From: Saccostrea cucullata
Taxonomy: Eukaryota
Assembly (NCBI RefSeq): GCF_032062105.1
Contig: NW_026940736.1
Location: 868,001-932,000 of the forward strand
Direction of reading: 5' to 3'
Length of the DNA stretch: 64,000 nucleotides
The notes beneath the pieces were generated by a model. It saw only the letters and a program-made list of their open reading frames with translations, searched no databases and was not told the DNA's origin. This document shows, in pieces, positions 26,059-38,200 of the stretch (positions are counted from its first letter, which is position 1; each line of letters starts with the position of its first letter). The position numbers were made by a program, and so were the translations under genes.

Positions 26059-26204
26059 TAGATTTTATTTTAAATCATTCTGATAAAAAAAATGCTGAAA
26101 ATGTTGAATTAATCAAACAAAGACTTGTACTAGAACAGCATTAGGGATTTTTGTCAATATAATTAAAATCAAATGTTAGATCTGCGCGCGTATTGGCTAA
26201 AATC

Positions 26205-26940
26205 TAGTCCGAAAATCTGACGTTTTCCTATGGCACGCCAAATTCACAAAAATGAGATAAACCTAGTTTCACAATTGATAAACTAGGTTTAACGATTGTA
26301 AACTATAGTTAACGATTCGTAAACTATAATTAACGATTCGTTAAGTATAGTTTTCATCTGTAAAACTATATTTAACGGTCGTTAACTATAGTTTACGAAT
26401 GATAATCTAAGTTTATCTGTCTGAATAAAGCGTTAACAATAGATTTTGTTGATAAACATAGATTCACGTTTGTAAACTATAGTTTACACTCGTAAACTAT
26501 AGTTAAGAGTTGTTAATCATAGTTTCACAAATCGTGAAACTATATTTATCAGATCGTTAACTATAGTTAACGGTTTGTAAACTATAGTTTACAAATCGTG
26601 AAACTGTATTTATCAGATAATCTATGTTTTGCAATCGCAAATGATAGTTTTCGGTGTTAAGTATAGTTTACGGTTGTGAAACATAGATTATCGCGATAAC
26701 TATAGTTTACAGATGTAAAATATAGATAAACGTTGTCAACTATAGTTTACAGTCCGTAAACTATAGTTTACAACCGATAAACCTAGTTAATCGATTGTGA
26801 AACTATGATTATCTCATTTTTGTGAATTTGACGTGCCATATTTTCCTGGCTTTTTTTTACGATTTTGATATTTTACATGCCTGGCATGTAAAATATCAAA
26901 ATCGTAAAAAAGCCAGGAAAACGTCAGATTTTTCAGACTA
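26205..26940. mobile_element. Palindromic MITE with TAG..CTA ends and a 9-bp TSD (AcademH- or MULE-like), interrupted by a nested element
   Basis: TSD gctaaaatc at 26196-26204 and 26941-26949; without the insert it is a near-perfect ~120-bp hairpin centred on catgcc-t-ggcatg. Confidence 0.8.
26229..26840. mobile_element. IS3EU-like non-autonomous element filled with ~21-bp palindromic repeats
   Basis: TATGG...CCATA termini, ~50-bp TIR, 6-bp TSD ttttcc (26223-26228 and 26841-26846); the interior is ~25 copies of GTAAACTATAGTTTAC-like palindromes. Confidence 0.8.
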
Positions 26941-27552
26941 GCTAAAATCTAACAACATCTTGTAGAGTGTCACGTCAGAGGTCAAATTCTATCAACAAAT
27001 CAAAAAGTCGACTGCAAAATTATCGTATTTTAATTTTTTTAATATATTGAAACGAATAAGTCAATAGTTGTTGCGTATTTGATATCTGATGGGATGTTCT
27101 TAGATGATGTGTAGCGAGTATGCGAGAGGATCAATCATGCTATTTTACTTAGGTTGCGATTTTGTTAAACTATATTTATATATTTTCAGTAGATTCGAAT
27201 AACTGATGAGCAGGTCAATTCAACTTGAACATGATATCATTTCTCCAAGGATGAAATAAGTATCTCTGTACTCAAGCATTGATATTTCTAAACTGAAACT
27301 GAAACCGGTCATACATGCAGACTACTGGTCCACTAAATCAAAAGTTATGGACAAGGTTAAAGTTTTTGCAGACAGACAAACAGCTAAACAGACAGACGGA
27401 TGGACATGACAAAACTATATACATGTATATATCCCTGAAACTTCGTTTACGGGGGCATAAAGATACGTTTTACATAGTAAATACATAGAAAATAAATGTA
27501 ATATTGTTTATAAATGTATTTTCAGGTACTGTTGGACTTGAGTTCGTAGTTA

Positions 27553-28501
27553 TTATGCCCCCGTAAACGAAGTTTTGGGGGTATATAGTTTTTGTCTTGT
27601 CCGTCCGTCTGTCTGTCTGTCTAGTTGTCTGTATGTCTGCCTATCTGTTTGCCCGCAAAAACTTTAACCTTGCCCGTAAATTTTGATTTAGTGGAGCCAT
27701 GACTTTCATATTTCACATGTGTATTCCTTGTGACAAGACATTTTGTTGGGTACCACAAAATTTGACATTTTGACATTGACCTTGGAATTTGACCCACTTT
27801 TACATGAAAATTTAAACTATTTCTTTGGCCATATCTTTTTAACAGTTTAAACCAGGACCTTTATACTTTACATATGTATTTTTTGTTGAAAGAACTTTCA
27901 CTGGATGCCAACAACCTTGAACCTTTGACCTTGACCTTGTATATTTCCGTACTTGTGAAAGAACTTTAACCTTGGTAATAACTTTTGAAAGGTAAGGGAT
28001 AGGGCTTTTATACTTCAAAAGTGTAATTCTCGTGAAAAGACCCTTTATTGGATGCCAAAAACTGTGACCATTTGACCTTTACCTCTGAGTTTGACCTACT
28101 TTAAAAAGCAATTACTGACCAAAACTTTTAAAGGGTTAAGGTTAGTGTTTTCATACTTTACATATTTAATCCTTGTGACAAGACCTCTCATTTGATAACA
28201 AGAACTTTGACCCTTTGACCTTGCAGTTTGACCTACTTAAAAAAAAACAACCTAGGCCATAACTTCTGAACGGTTAAGGTGAGGGCTTCCATATTTGCGT
28301 ATTCTATGTGACAAGACCCTTCATTGGATACCAATTACCTTGACCTTTTAACATTGGCCTACTTTCAAATTTCACAAATGTTTTCCAGTGAGAAAACCCT
28401 ATTTTTGGTACCAATTAATTAAATTTGCATTTAGCAAAAGTTTAATCTTTGCTATGTTGCCATACGGGGGCATCAGTGTTGTTTCACAAACACATCTTGT
28501 T
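27553..28501 (+). mobile_element. Helentron-like non-autonomous element
   Basis: atgcccccgt...gggggtat 5' end, gtccgtctgt microsatellite, tgaccttga tandem units, gggggcatcagtgt...ttcacaaacacatcttgt 3' end. Confidence 0.75.
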
Positions 28502-28808
28502 TGGTGATCGAATTGTTTTGATTAATTTTTACAGTTTATAATTTTATATACTTTTATTGCCAGGGGTATACAAGTTTTGAAGGCCTGAGTTATTATAACC
28601 CCATTTAATAATTTAACGAGATTCACACACATATACCGGTATATGAAGCTTGGAAGTACATTGTATTTTAAAAGAACACAGTTGATTCAAAATCTGTTTT
28701 TACTGGGCACTCCACAAATTAACCAGTAATTACGGAGTAAGTATGTGATTATTCTTCTTGATTGCGACAAATATTTGGGGCTAAAAAAAGTTTCAGAAAC
28801 AAGGAAGA

Positions 28809-30170
28809 CAAGATGTGTTTGTAAAACACAAATGCCTGCGTATGGTAACATAACGAAGGTTAAGCTTTCTCAAATGTAAGACCTTTTCACAAGAAATACA
28901 AATGTGAAATATGACACACTATCACCACCTGATCAAAGGTTATGACCAAGGTTAACGTTTTTAAAGGTAAGACAAACTCTGGGGTCAAGATCAAAGGGTC
29001 AAAGTTGTTGGTTTCTAAAAATAGACATTGTCTCAAAGATTACATATGGGAAGTATAAAAGTTATGGCCCTTACCGTTCAAAAGATATAGCCAAGGTTAA
29101 GGTTTGTTATAAGTACATGTAAGTCAAACTTCAAGATCAAGTTTAAAGGGTCAAAGTTGTTGATATCCGATGGAATATCTTGTTCAAGAATTACATATGA
29201 GTAGTATGAAAGCTCTATCCCTTACTGTTTAAAAGTTATGGCTAAGGTTAAAATTTGTAAAAAGTAGGTCAAACTCCAAGGTCAAAGTGTAAAAGATGTT
29301 GATATCCTTGAAAGGTCGTTTTACAAAGATAACATTTATGAAATCTGAAAGCCCTAGCCCTTATCGTTCAAATGTTATGGTCAGGGTTAAAATTTTATCG
29401 TAAGTACGGAAATGTCCACAATAAAGGTCCAAAGGGCAAAATTGTTGGTTTCAAACGAAATTGCCACAAAGAATTAATATTTGAAACGTTTAAAAATGAG
29501 TGCAAAAGTAAAAGTTTGTATTTTTGTGTAAAAATGAGTCAAACTCTAAGGTCAAAGGGTCAAGGTTCTTGAAATCAAATGAAAGGGCTTGTCATGGTTC
29601 CTTTTGGTTCCTTGTGGAACATAGAGCTTAGGTAACAGTTAAAAAGGCTGGTCACCAGGATTAAATATGTGAAGTACGAAAGCCCTAACCCTTCAAAATT
29701 ATGTCCAAGGTTGTGTTTGAAGAGTAGGTCAAACTCCAAGGTCCAAGTCGAAGGAACAAAGGTCTTCGTATCCAATAAAGCGTCTTCTGACAAGGATAAC
29801 ATAAATGAAATCCTAATTCTTAACATTCAAAATTATGTCCAAGGTTTTATTTGAAGAGTAGGTCAAACTCCAAGGTCAGAGTCAAAGAATCATAGGTTTT
29901 CGTATCCAATAAAGCGTCTTCTCACAAGGATTACATACCTGGTGTGTGAGGTATGAAAGCCTTAGCCCTTACTGCTCAAAAGATATGTCCATAGTATAAG
30001 TTTGGAATTTTGTGTAAAATAGGGTGAAACTCTGAGGTCAAGGTCAAGAGGTCAAATTCGGTGGTACCCAAAGAGAGTTCTTGTTACAAGGAATGCAAAT
30101 TCAAAAATTATGGGCAATGTTAAAGCTCTTGCAGACAAACAGACAAACAAACGAACGGACAAACAATATA
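28809..30170 (-). mobile_element. Helentron-like element related to 27553-28501, in inverted orientation
   Basis: Begins acaagatgtgtttgtaaaacac (reverse of the 3' end above), carries caaggtcaa units, ends with an acagacaaac microsatellite. Confidence 0.7.
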
Positions 30171-30552
30171 CTTAGCTTAGTACCCAAGAAACTACGTTTA
30201 CAGAGTCAAAAAATACTTCGTTTAAAAACAAAACACTGAGTAATATATACAATAGACATACATGGAAATTTATGTACGGCATAGAAGTACTTAAAAGGCA
30301 AACTGCTCCATAAACTGTAACCTGGGACGGCGGCGCCGAGAGTATCACATATAAAGTTCCCCCTAACTTCGTTGAGGTCAACTAAAAATTAAAGAGAGCA
30401 TGAATTATTCCCTGTCCAAAGAAAAAAGGAACACAGAAGCCGCCTAAAAATATCAAGCAGAAAATAACCCAGTATATCTTTGAATTGTTTTCAGATGCTT
30501 TTTTGCATTAACAAATGACGACAAGAAATCAGCCTGATGACAAAAAATACAC

Positions 30553-31700
30553 ATGTGTGGATCCAGAGGGAGTGGGGGTGGGTGGGTGGGGGAGTCAGAA
30601 CCCCCCCCCCCGGAATTTACACGGTTAAAAAATGTCTATACTAAAGAAAAAAGTGTTACCATGGACCCCCCTGGTAAACGCGAATATATGTGATATGGGT
30701 ATGAAAAGTGAAAGATTTGAGGCAATAGAAGTCATAGACTAAAACCCCAGTCACATTTCCAAAAACGACCAACGGCCGACGGGTTTCGAAGCAAAAGTGG
30801 GATTCTGCGGGTGGCAGTCGTCAGTTCATCGGCCGTTGTCTTGCCCGATTTTGACCATTTTTTTTTGTCGGCCGACCAATTTTGTGTCCATCGGTCCAAG
30901 TTATAATTTTTTAAGCATCGGGGGCCGATTCCTTCAATTGAAGTTATCCGTCGACCAACCTTCGATCATCGTTCGACCATCGGTGGTCAGTTTATTAAGT
31001 CGGTCGTCCGTCGTTGGACAAAAAGGGTGTTTAAAATTTCGGCCGATGGTTAAAATCAAACTGTAGCTCAGAGCTCGGACGACGATTGGCCGACTTGTGA
31101 TTATTTAACCTGGTAAGAAAACATAACACAAACAAAATTTTGATGCATGGATTGAAATAAAATTTTTGAACGGAAATAACATGAATAATTAATCCGTAAG
31201 ATATAAACAAATCTTAAGCATTCTTTGCTGCTTAGATATGCACCATTTGTCGTTTTTATGCAATTTCATACAAAATTTTGCACACATTTTCAACATTGAG
31301 TAACAATTTTATAAGATTCTGCCACTTAGCCTTGCAAACATTACTCACGTCACCTATCTGAATATAGAACTATGAAAACATATTGCTGAATTCTAAAGAA
31401 AACAGATTTTTTGTGTTATTTATCCAAATTATCGGTGTCCCTAGGAATTAATGTGACTGCTCAGTGTCGACCGATACTGTATCGGCCGATAATGTTCTTT
31501 CAGCCGACAAGATCAAAAAAATTTAGTCGCCCGACCATCGGCTTAAATGTGACCTAGGCATAACCCCCCCCTCTCATCCCAAACGAAATAGGTTTTTGAC
31601 GTTTGGGCGAGTTTAGGTTTTTTCCTGCTTGTCAAGAAATTTCTGGGAGTGGATCCCCCCCCCCCCCCACCACCTGGAAAAAATTTCTGGATCCGCGCCT
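30553..31700. mobile_element. GGATCC-type MITE carrying a nested TIR element
   Basis: Ends atgtgtggatccaga / tctggatccgcgcct, with G- and C-runs typical of bivalve MITEs. Confidence 0.6.
30743..31560. mobile_element. PIF/Harbinger-like MITE (TAA TSD)
   Basis: Imperfect TIRs sharing gtcacattt / aaatgtgac; TAA at 30740-30742 and 31561-31563; internal ggccga/tcggcc repeats. Confidence 0.6.
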
Positions 31701-32002
31701 AAATACATGTACACAGCTGTTTGACCAATTTTTTTCTTTGTTTCTTTAGAGCTACATTATATGTACATAGTTAGCAAAATTGCAGGAACAAGGTCATCTT
31801 CGCTAGCCAAGGGTTTTTATGGGGAGCGGTGCGGACCGAAAACTCTTGGCTTGCGAAGATGGGACAAGGTGATCAGACCATACATGACTCTTTTTACGCT
31901 AGGAACGTGACATAATGTCGTCAAAAAACACGTTTTGTGATCAGTCAGATTACTGTACCTTGTCTTTTTGCATCGCACATTAATATGCGACGAAAAAGGA
32001 TG

Positions 32003-32105
32003 AGGTGGTCCGACTGTATCTATGACGTCACTTAAACGTAACAATCAGTGTGACGCAACAATCATAACTACAACAAAAAGCGGAGACGAGAGGCAAAACA
32101 CGGAG
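32003..32105 (+). promoter_or_regulatory. Putative promoter and non-coding exon 1 of novel gene copy B
   Basis: Highly similar to 15780-15882, including TGACGTCA (32023-32030), TGACGCAA (32051-32058) and the ggag|gtaaaa donor. Confidence 0.55.
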
Positions 32106-32246
32106 GTAAAAGTCACCCAGATATTTGTCTTTTTAGATCAAAACAGTGTCATACATTAGGATATTCTGTTTCAAACACGTGTAAGAAAATTAGGTACTTT
32201 TATCATGATAATATGTTTATTTTCTTTTCGTAGAAGAAGAAAAATC

Positions 32247-35200
32247 ATGGATTTCAACAAAATTTTGGATTTTGGAGATACCCCCGTTGCAGATGTGGTA
32301 AGTTCACTTAAATTCTCTCCTACGTAATGTTTACATTCATAACTTTATTGGAGCCCAAACCTTAATTTGAAAATGTCAAAAAATATATCCAATGCCGAGT
32401 ATTTTAGTTACTCAGTATTTCTGTGGTAAATAACTTTATTATTCTGGATTTCCCTAGCATCTAAAATTATGAATTATAATCCCGAGATCTGGCCAATACC
32501 CTCTTGTTTTTATATTGTCATACGGTTCTCAAATCTCTCCATAGTCAGATATCATTTAGGTGGTTGTTTTGTGTTTTAATGTTTTATTTTGTTTTCTCTT
32601 GCTGGACAAAAATGCACTCCTGTTAGATTTGGCTTTTTACAGACCTTCCAGGCCTAAAGCAAGCAGTTTCAATTGGGATGGAGGGGGGGGGGGGGGGGGG
32701 GGAGGTATGCACAACTTAACATATTTTGGTTGGACATTACAAAGTAAAAAAAAAAATCCTTGACATGCAATATATATATTGTAATATTTATCGGGTCATC
32801 AAAAGTAATTATTGAGGGGTACATTCATTCTTCCCTAAAGTGGTTATATCTGCCCATTATTTATGGTTAAAAGGGAGGGGGTCCACTTAGGTGTTAGTTT
32901 AGGTTTGAGGTTAAGTGTTTGAGTTTTTGGCAGCATTTCTCCTTATCTCCCATGTGTATAGATATTTTGAGATATAGGTAGGGTAGGGTCGTCATGTTTC
33001 AGGTTCTTGTATGCCCACTTTGCATTCTGTCAATCATTTCAATTTGCTGATCAAATAAATATTTTCAGGACACAAAACTGAGGATATTAAAGTTCGATTA
33101 TTCATGGAGTGATGCTGTTGAGGAGGAAGAGAGACGTGTGGAGGTACAGAATAGAAATTATCTCTGTATAAGTTATATATAGAAATTATCTATGTATTTG
33201 TTATATAATAGAAATTATTTGTGTATTAGTTTATATATAATAGAAATTATCTATATATAGGTTATATACTAGTAATAGAAATTATCTATGTATAATTTAT
33301 ATAATAGAAATTGTGTATGTTTAAGTTACAGAATAAAAATTATCTATGATTAAGTTATATAATAGAAATTATCTATGTTTAAGTTTCATAATTGGCATTA
33401 TTTATGTATATTAAGATACTATACATAGGAAATTTTCAATGTATAAGATAAATATATGGGAAATTATCTATGTTTTAGTTTACCAGAACTTTCATGTCTT
33501 TACATTTATAGAAAAATACCCCCTTTTTGAGTAATTGTAGGTTGTCATGTCAATAAATTTTGTGCCAATGGTTTTTTTTTATATAATTTTGTCTAAGAAA
33601 ATGAAGTTGATATACATTTCCATGCTGATGTTTCATATATCCACATTTTTTTGTCTTGAAGGAGGAACAAAAGCAAAAAATACAGATGGAGAAAAAGTTT
33701 GAGAAAAAAATTGCAGAGAAGAAAAATTACAACACAAATGACAACAGGTATGGTCATGCAATAACTGACCCCCAAATAACTATTCCAATATGCTATGTGT
33801 TCTGTTGTCAATGTTTGGTGGTACATTTAATGACAGGCTTTATAAAATATTGTAGTCATCTGTATTTTTGTAGATTTGCAACACCTTTAGATTTTGGAGA
33901 TGAGGCAGTGAAAAATTGGGTAAGTACAAGTATTGAGAATCTGATTTGTATCTTTTCAAATACTCAACACATATTGTTGCAAAAACATTTTCATTTCCAA
34001 TGTCTTTGTGCGAGATAAAACTACAAAAAAGATAATGACTTTATAACCCCATACAGAGATTTGCTAAGCACACAACACAACTTATTGCTTTTTTGCTGCA
34101 TGTTGCTTAGTAATACACCTGTTGGGGATGCTGAGATTTTCTACTAAAAGCTATTATTGAATATTATATAACTGAATCAAGGATCAGGTAAAAATTTAAA
34201 ATATAAGGAATAACTGTCTGTCTCTTTGTTTTTATTATGATGATCAATCAATTTGCTCCAGTGATAATTTTACATAAATTCTTTCAGCGTATATGCAAAT
34301 TATCATGGAAGCGAATGGATTGATTGCATCAGTTTTTGCTAAATAATACCCATCAGACAGGAATATTTTGATAATCAATGTTTGTACATGCAGGTACATC
34401 AAAACATGTTAAGTCCAACTTTATATAATTTGCAGGTTTTCATGCATTTGAAGAAATAAATAAATAATACATGTCTATATGTTTAACATGTTTTTCTATT
34501 TTGTTCTGTATTTAGGAAACAAAGCTCCAGATCCTCAAGTTTAGTTATAGCTGGGCAGATCAGGTTGAAAAAGAAGAAAAAGCAGCAAGTCAGGTAACAT
34601 TTCTGCTAAATGAATCAAATTTCAAATTATAATACCACTCTGACATGCATTTGGGATTATTTTCATACATTTGATATGGCAACTCTGACATCCCAATTAC
34701 CATTTTATTTGTGTAGGAGGCAAAACCTGCAGAGAACAGAGTTCCAAAGGAAGAAAATAAAACAAATAATAGAAGCTTTGGAAAAACCCTGACAAAAGAT
34801 GAAGTAAACTTTCTTTTGGAGGGAAATAAAAACTCTCCAAGGGGGTTAGTCACTTTTTTAAACTTTTGACATTGTAAAATAAATATTAAAATCTTTATGG
34901 TGTTTATCAGTACCCTGCAATATTTTTCCACAGTAATAATTTAAATATCTGAGCCATAAATAATTGTATACCTCAAGGATGATGCACTTAACTTTGAAAA
35001 TATGTATTTGAATTTTTTTTAACTACTTTAATTTATGGCAATTAAATATATACATGATATATAAGCTTGGAAACTTACTTAATTTAATCAATTACAGGAG
35101 GCTAAAAGCTTTCATAAGAAAGCGGAGAGAAGAAGAAGAAGCCAAGGCCTGTATCAACGAGGAAAACAAAACAAAGACTTCTAGAAATGGTGGAACCCTG

Positions 35201-38200
35201 ACAAAAGACCAGGCCATTGCAAAAAAGTCTCCTAGGGGGTTAGTCACCTTTTTCAGTTTTTAGGTCACCTGAGTAAACTCGGGTGACCTATTGCTATTCG
35301 TTGTTGTCGTCTTCGTGCGTCGTCTGTCATGCGATAACATTTGAACATTTTCAGCTTCTTCTCTGAAACCGCTCAACCAATTTCAACCAATTTTGGCACT
35401 AAACATCTATGGGTAAAGGGGAACATAAATTGCGAATTTCATGGTCCCTGCCCTCCCTTGGGGCCTGGGGGTGGGGCCAAAACCACTAAAATTAGTGCAA
35501 TTGTAGAAGTTCGGGCTTTACGGACCGTGGATATCGGCCTGGATAGCTCAGTGGTTAGAGCACCTGACTAGTAATACAGGGGTCCCGGGTTCGATTCCCG
35601 GTCCAGCCATATGTTTTTCTTCGTGCATTTCTCCTTTCCTACTACATTTGGTGGCCAGTGTGGGGGGCTTTGTTCAGGTTTCAGTGTATGTGTAAATTAG
35701 TAATTCCTGGCAGGGCCCTAGAACTTGTGTCTTCGAGGTCGAAGACTGTTTAAAGAGGGAGGAATGTAGAAGTTCGGGCTTTATGGACCGTGTATATCGG
35801 CCTGGATAGCTCAGTGGTTAGAGCACCTGACTAGCAATACAGGGGTCCCGGGTTCGATTCCCGGTCCAGCCATATGTTTTTCTTCGTGCATTTCTCCTTT
35901 CCTACTACACAATCTTTAAAAATCTTCTATGAATCTGGACATCAAGCAATCAAACTGTTGGCATGATTGTGATCAGCATTGAGTCCTCTACCAAAATTGT
36001 GAAATCCATGGCTCCAGGGACAGGGGTTCTAGTGCTAGGGTGGGGCTAAATAGGCTGTATAGTGAAAATGCATTATTTCTTTGCAAATTTTCTTTTCTGC
36101 TCCTGGGCATTAAATAACCTAACCAAGTATATAGTTATGTTGAATAAGATTGCCTCTTCCAAAATTGTGAATTTCATGAGCTCAGGGTCAGGGGTTCTGG
36201 TGTTAGGGTGGGGTTCTGTTGATTATATACTGAAAATGCATAAATTCTTTAAAAATCCTCTCATATGTTCCTGGGTATAAAACCAATGAACTGTGTATAT
36301 AGTTATGATGAGGAAGGATGCTTCTTCCCAATTTATGAATTTCATGACCCCTGGGTCAGGGGTTCTGGTGTTAGGGTGTGGCTCTATAATGATTATATAG
36401 TGAAAATGCATGAATTCCTTGGAAATCTTTTCCTTTGCTCCCTGGTATAATGCCAATGATTTAACTATATATTTATAATGAAGAAAGCCTGATGTTTCCA
36501 AATGATTAATTTCAGAGCCCCTGCATTAGGGGTACTGCAGACAGGGGTAGGGGGTTACATATCCTGAAAATATAGTAATGCTTTGAAATCTGCTCTTTGA
36601 TATCAATCACCCATTTCGGATAAAATGAAATTTATAAAATTTCCAAAATGTTGAAATATGTGGCCCCAAGGTCAGTGGTTCTTCTGGGTTGGTGTGCACA
36701 ACTGGTGGTTATAAAGTGGAAATGCATTTTCTCTCTGTTACTCTGATCTGCCTTTGGGTATTAAGTAACCAAAATAAGCATGCTAAGTGTAAAGTTTTGA
36801 TAAACAATGGTGCCTTTTTCAAAATAGTGAATTACGAGGCTTTTGGTTTAAAATAGTCAAACCAAATTCAGTTGTTGGAGAATTGTTACATGTTCCTTAG
36901 GTGACCTATAAGGCCCGTGGGCCTCTTGTTTTTTTCAGTTTTGACATTGTTAAGTAAATATATTATTTGCATAATTAAGGGTTTTCCTCCCTTTCTTTCA
37001 ATTAGTACTTTGATATATATTTATACCCCTCGCTTGAAAAGTGGGAGGGTATACTGTAATTGGAATGTCTGTCCGTCTGTATAGCAGTCCATCTAAATGT
37101 CTTTCTGTCCATCCATCTGTTACGTTTTGGGGTACCCATCTCTTATCTGAAACTCCTCATATACTACTGAGTGAAATTTAATGAAACGTTCACAGAATCT
37201 TTATGACATATTTCCAATGTCAACCTCCTATTTTAGTTTTTGATCGGACACATATTTCGGGTTTCCATAGCAAAACATGGACACTGCCTTTTTATACATA
37301 TGGGAGGCGGGGGTATCATATAGTGAGCTCATTGCTCACAATACATCAATCCTGATACTAAAACCTAGGAAAATATCGATATGGATTTCTGACATATAAC
37401 TTAATTTTAAGCTTGCAAACTTATTTTAAATAATTTATTTATTTACAGAAAGCTAACAGCATTTATCAAAAAACACAAAGAAAGGGAACTTGCAAAGGCC
37501 TTGATTGAAAGAGAAAACATAAAGAAAGTACAGGTAAAATGATCATTTCTTTATTAGACAACTGTGATTTACTTGTTTAAACTTTTTCTGAAAGCTATTT
37601 GAATGGAATAAGAACCAAAGTTACAATAATAAGATTATTATTGAGTATAATACAAACAAAATGGTAAACAAACCATTTCTTCCATTATTTAAGGCTGCTG
37701 ATTTCACAAAACAGAAAGATGCAGTGAATACGGAAAAGGCATTAGATCAAGAAGCTTTTGGAGATGAGAAGGAATCCCCTGTTCTAGAGACTCCAACATT
37801 TGGAGATGAGAAGGAATCCCTTGTTCTAGAGACTCCAACATTTGGAGATGAGAAGGAATCCCTTGTTCTAGAGACTCCAACATTTGGAGATGAGAGGGAA
37901 TCCCTTGTTCTAGAGACTCCAACATTTGGAGATGAGAAGGAATCCCCTGTTCCAGAGACTCCAACATTTGGAGATGAGAAGGAATCCCTTGTTCTAGAGA
38001 CTCCAACATTTGGAGATGAGAAGGAATCCCCTGTTCCAGAGACTCCAACATTTGGAGATGAGAAGGAATCCCTTGTTCTAGAGACTTCAACATTTAGAAA
38101 TGAGAAGGAATCCCTTGTTCTAGAGACTCCAACATTTGGAGATGAGAAGAAATCCCTTGTTCTAGAGACTTCAACATTTAGAGATGAGAAGGAATCCCTT

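Larger units (their letters stand above)
35502..35909 (+). mobile_element. Complete TRIM (miniature LTR retrotransposon) with tRNA-derived LTRs, Helenus/TRIMp3-like
   Basis: 145-bp LTRs TG..CA at 35502-35646 and 35765-35909 (3 differences); PBS TGGTGGCCAGTGTGGGG at 35649-35665; PPT AAAGAGGGAGGAA at 35752-35764; 4-bp TSD CAAT; single CAAT empty site at 20401-20404 in copy A. Confidence 0.93.
35257..36930 (+). mobile_element. Helentron HINE (second family), paralogous to 20152-21575, carrying a TRIM insertion
   Basis: Same position and sequence as in copy A, so it was inserted before the duplication. Confidence 0.85.

Noticed and set aside
26229-26840. CRISPR-like array of palindromic repeats
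   Set aside because: Spacers are only ~5-6 nt, repeats are degenerate, the context is eukaryotic with no cas genes, and the array is bounded by TIRs and a TSD.
35536-35872. Two genuine tandem tRNA genes (Thr, Ala)
   Set aside because: Bulged acceptor and anticodon stems; embedded in LTRs with PBS, PPT and TSD; absent from the paralogous site.
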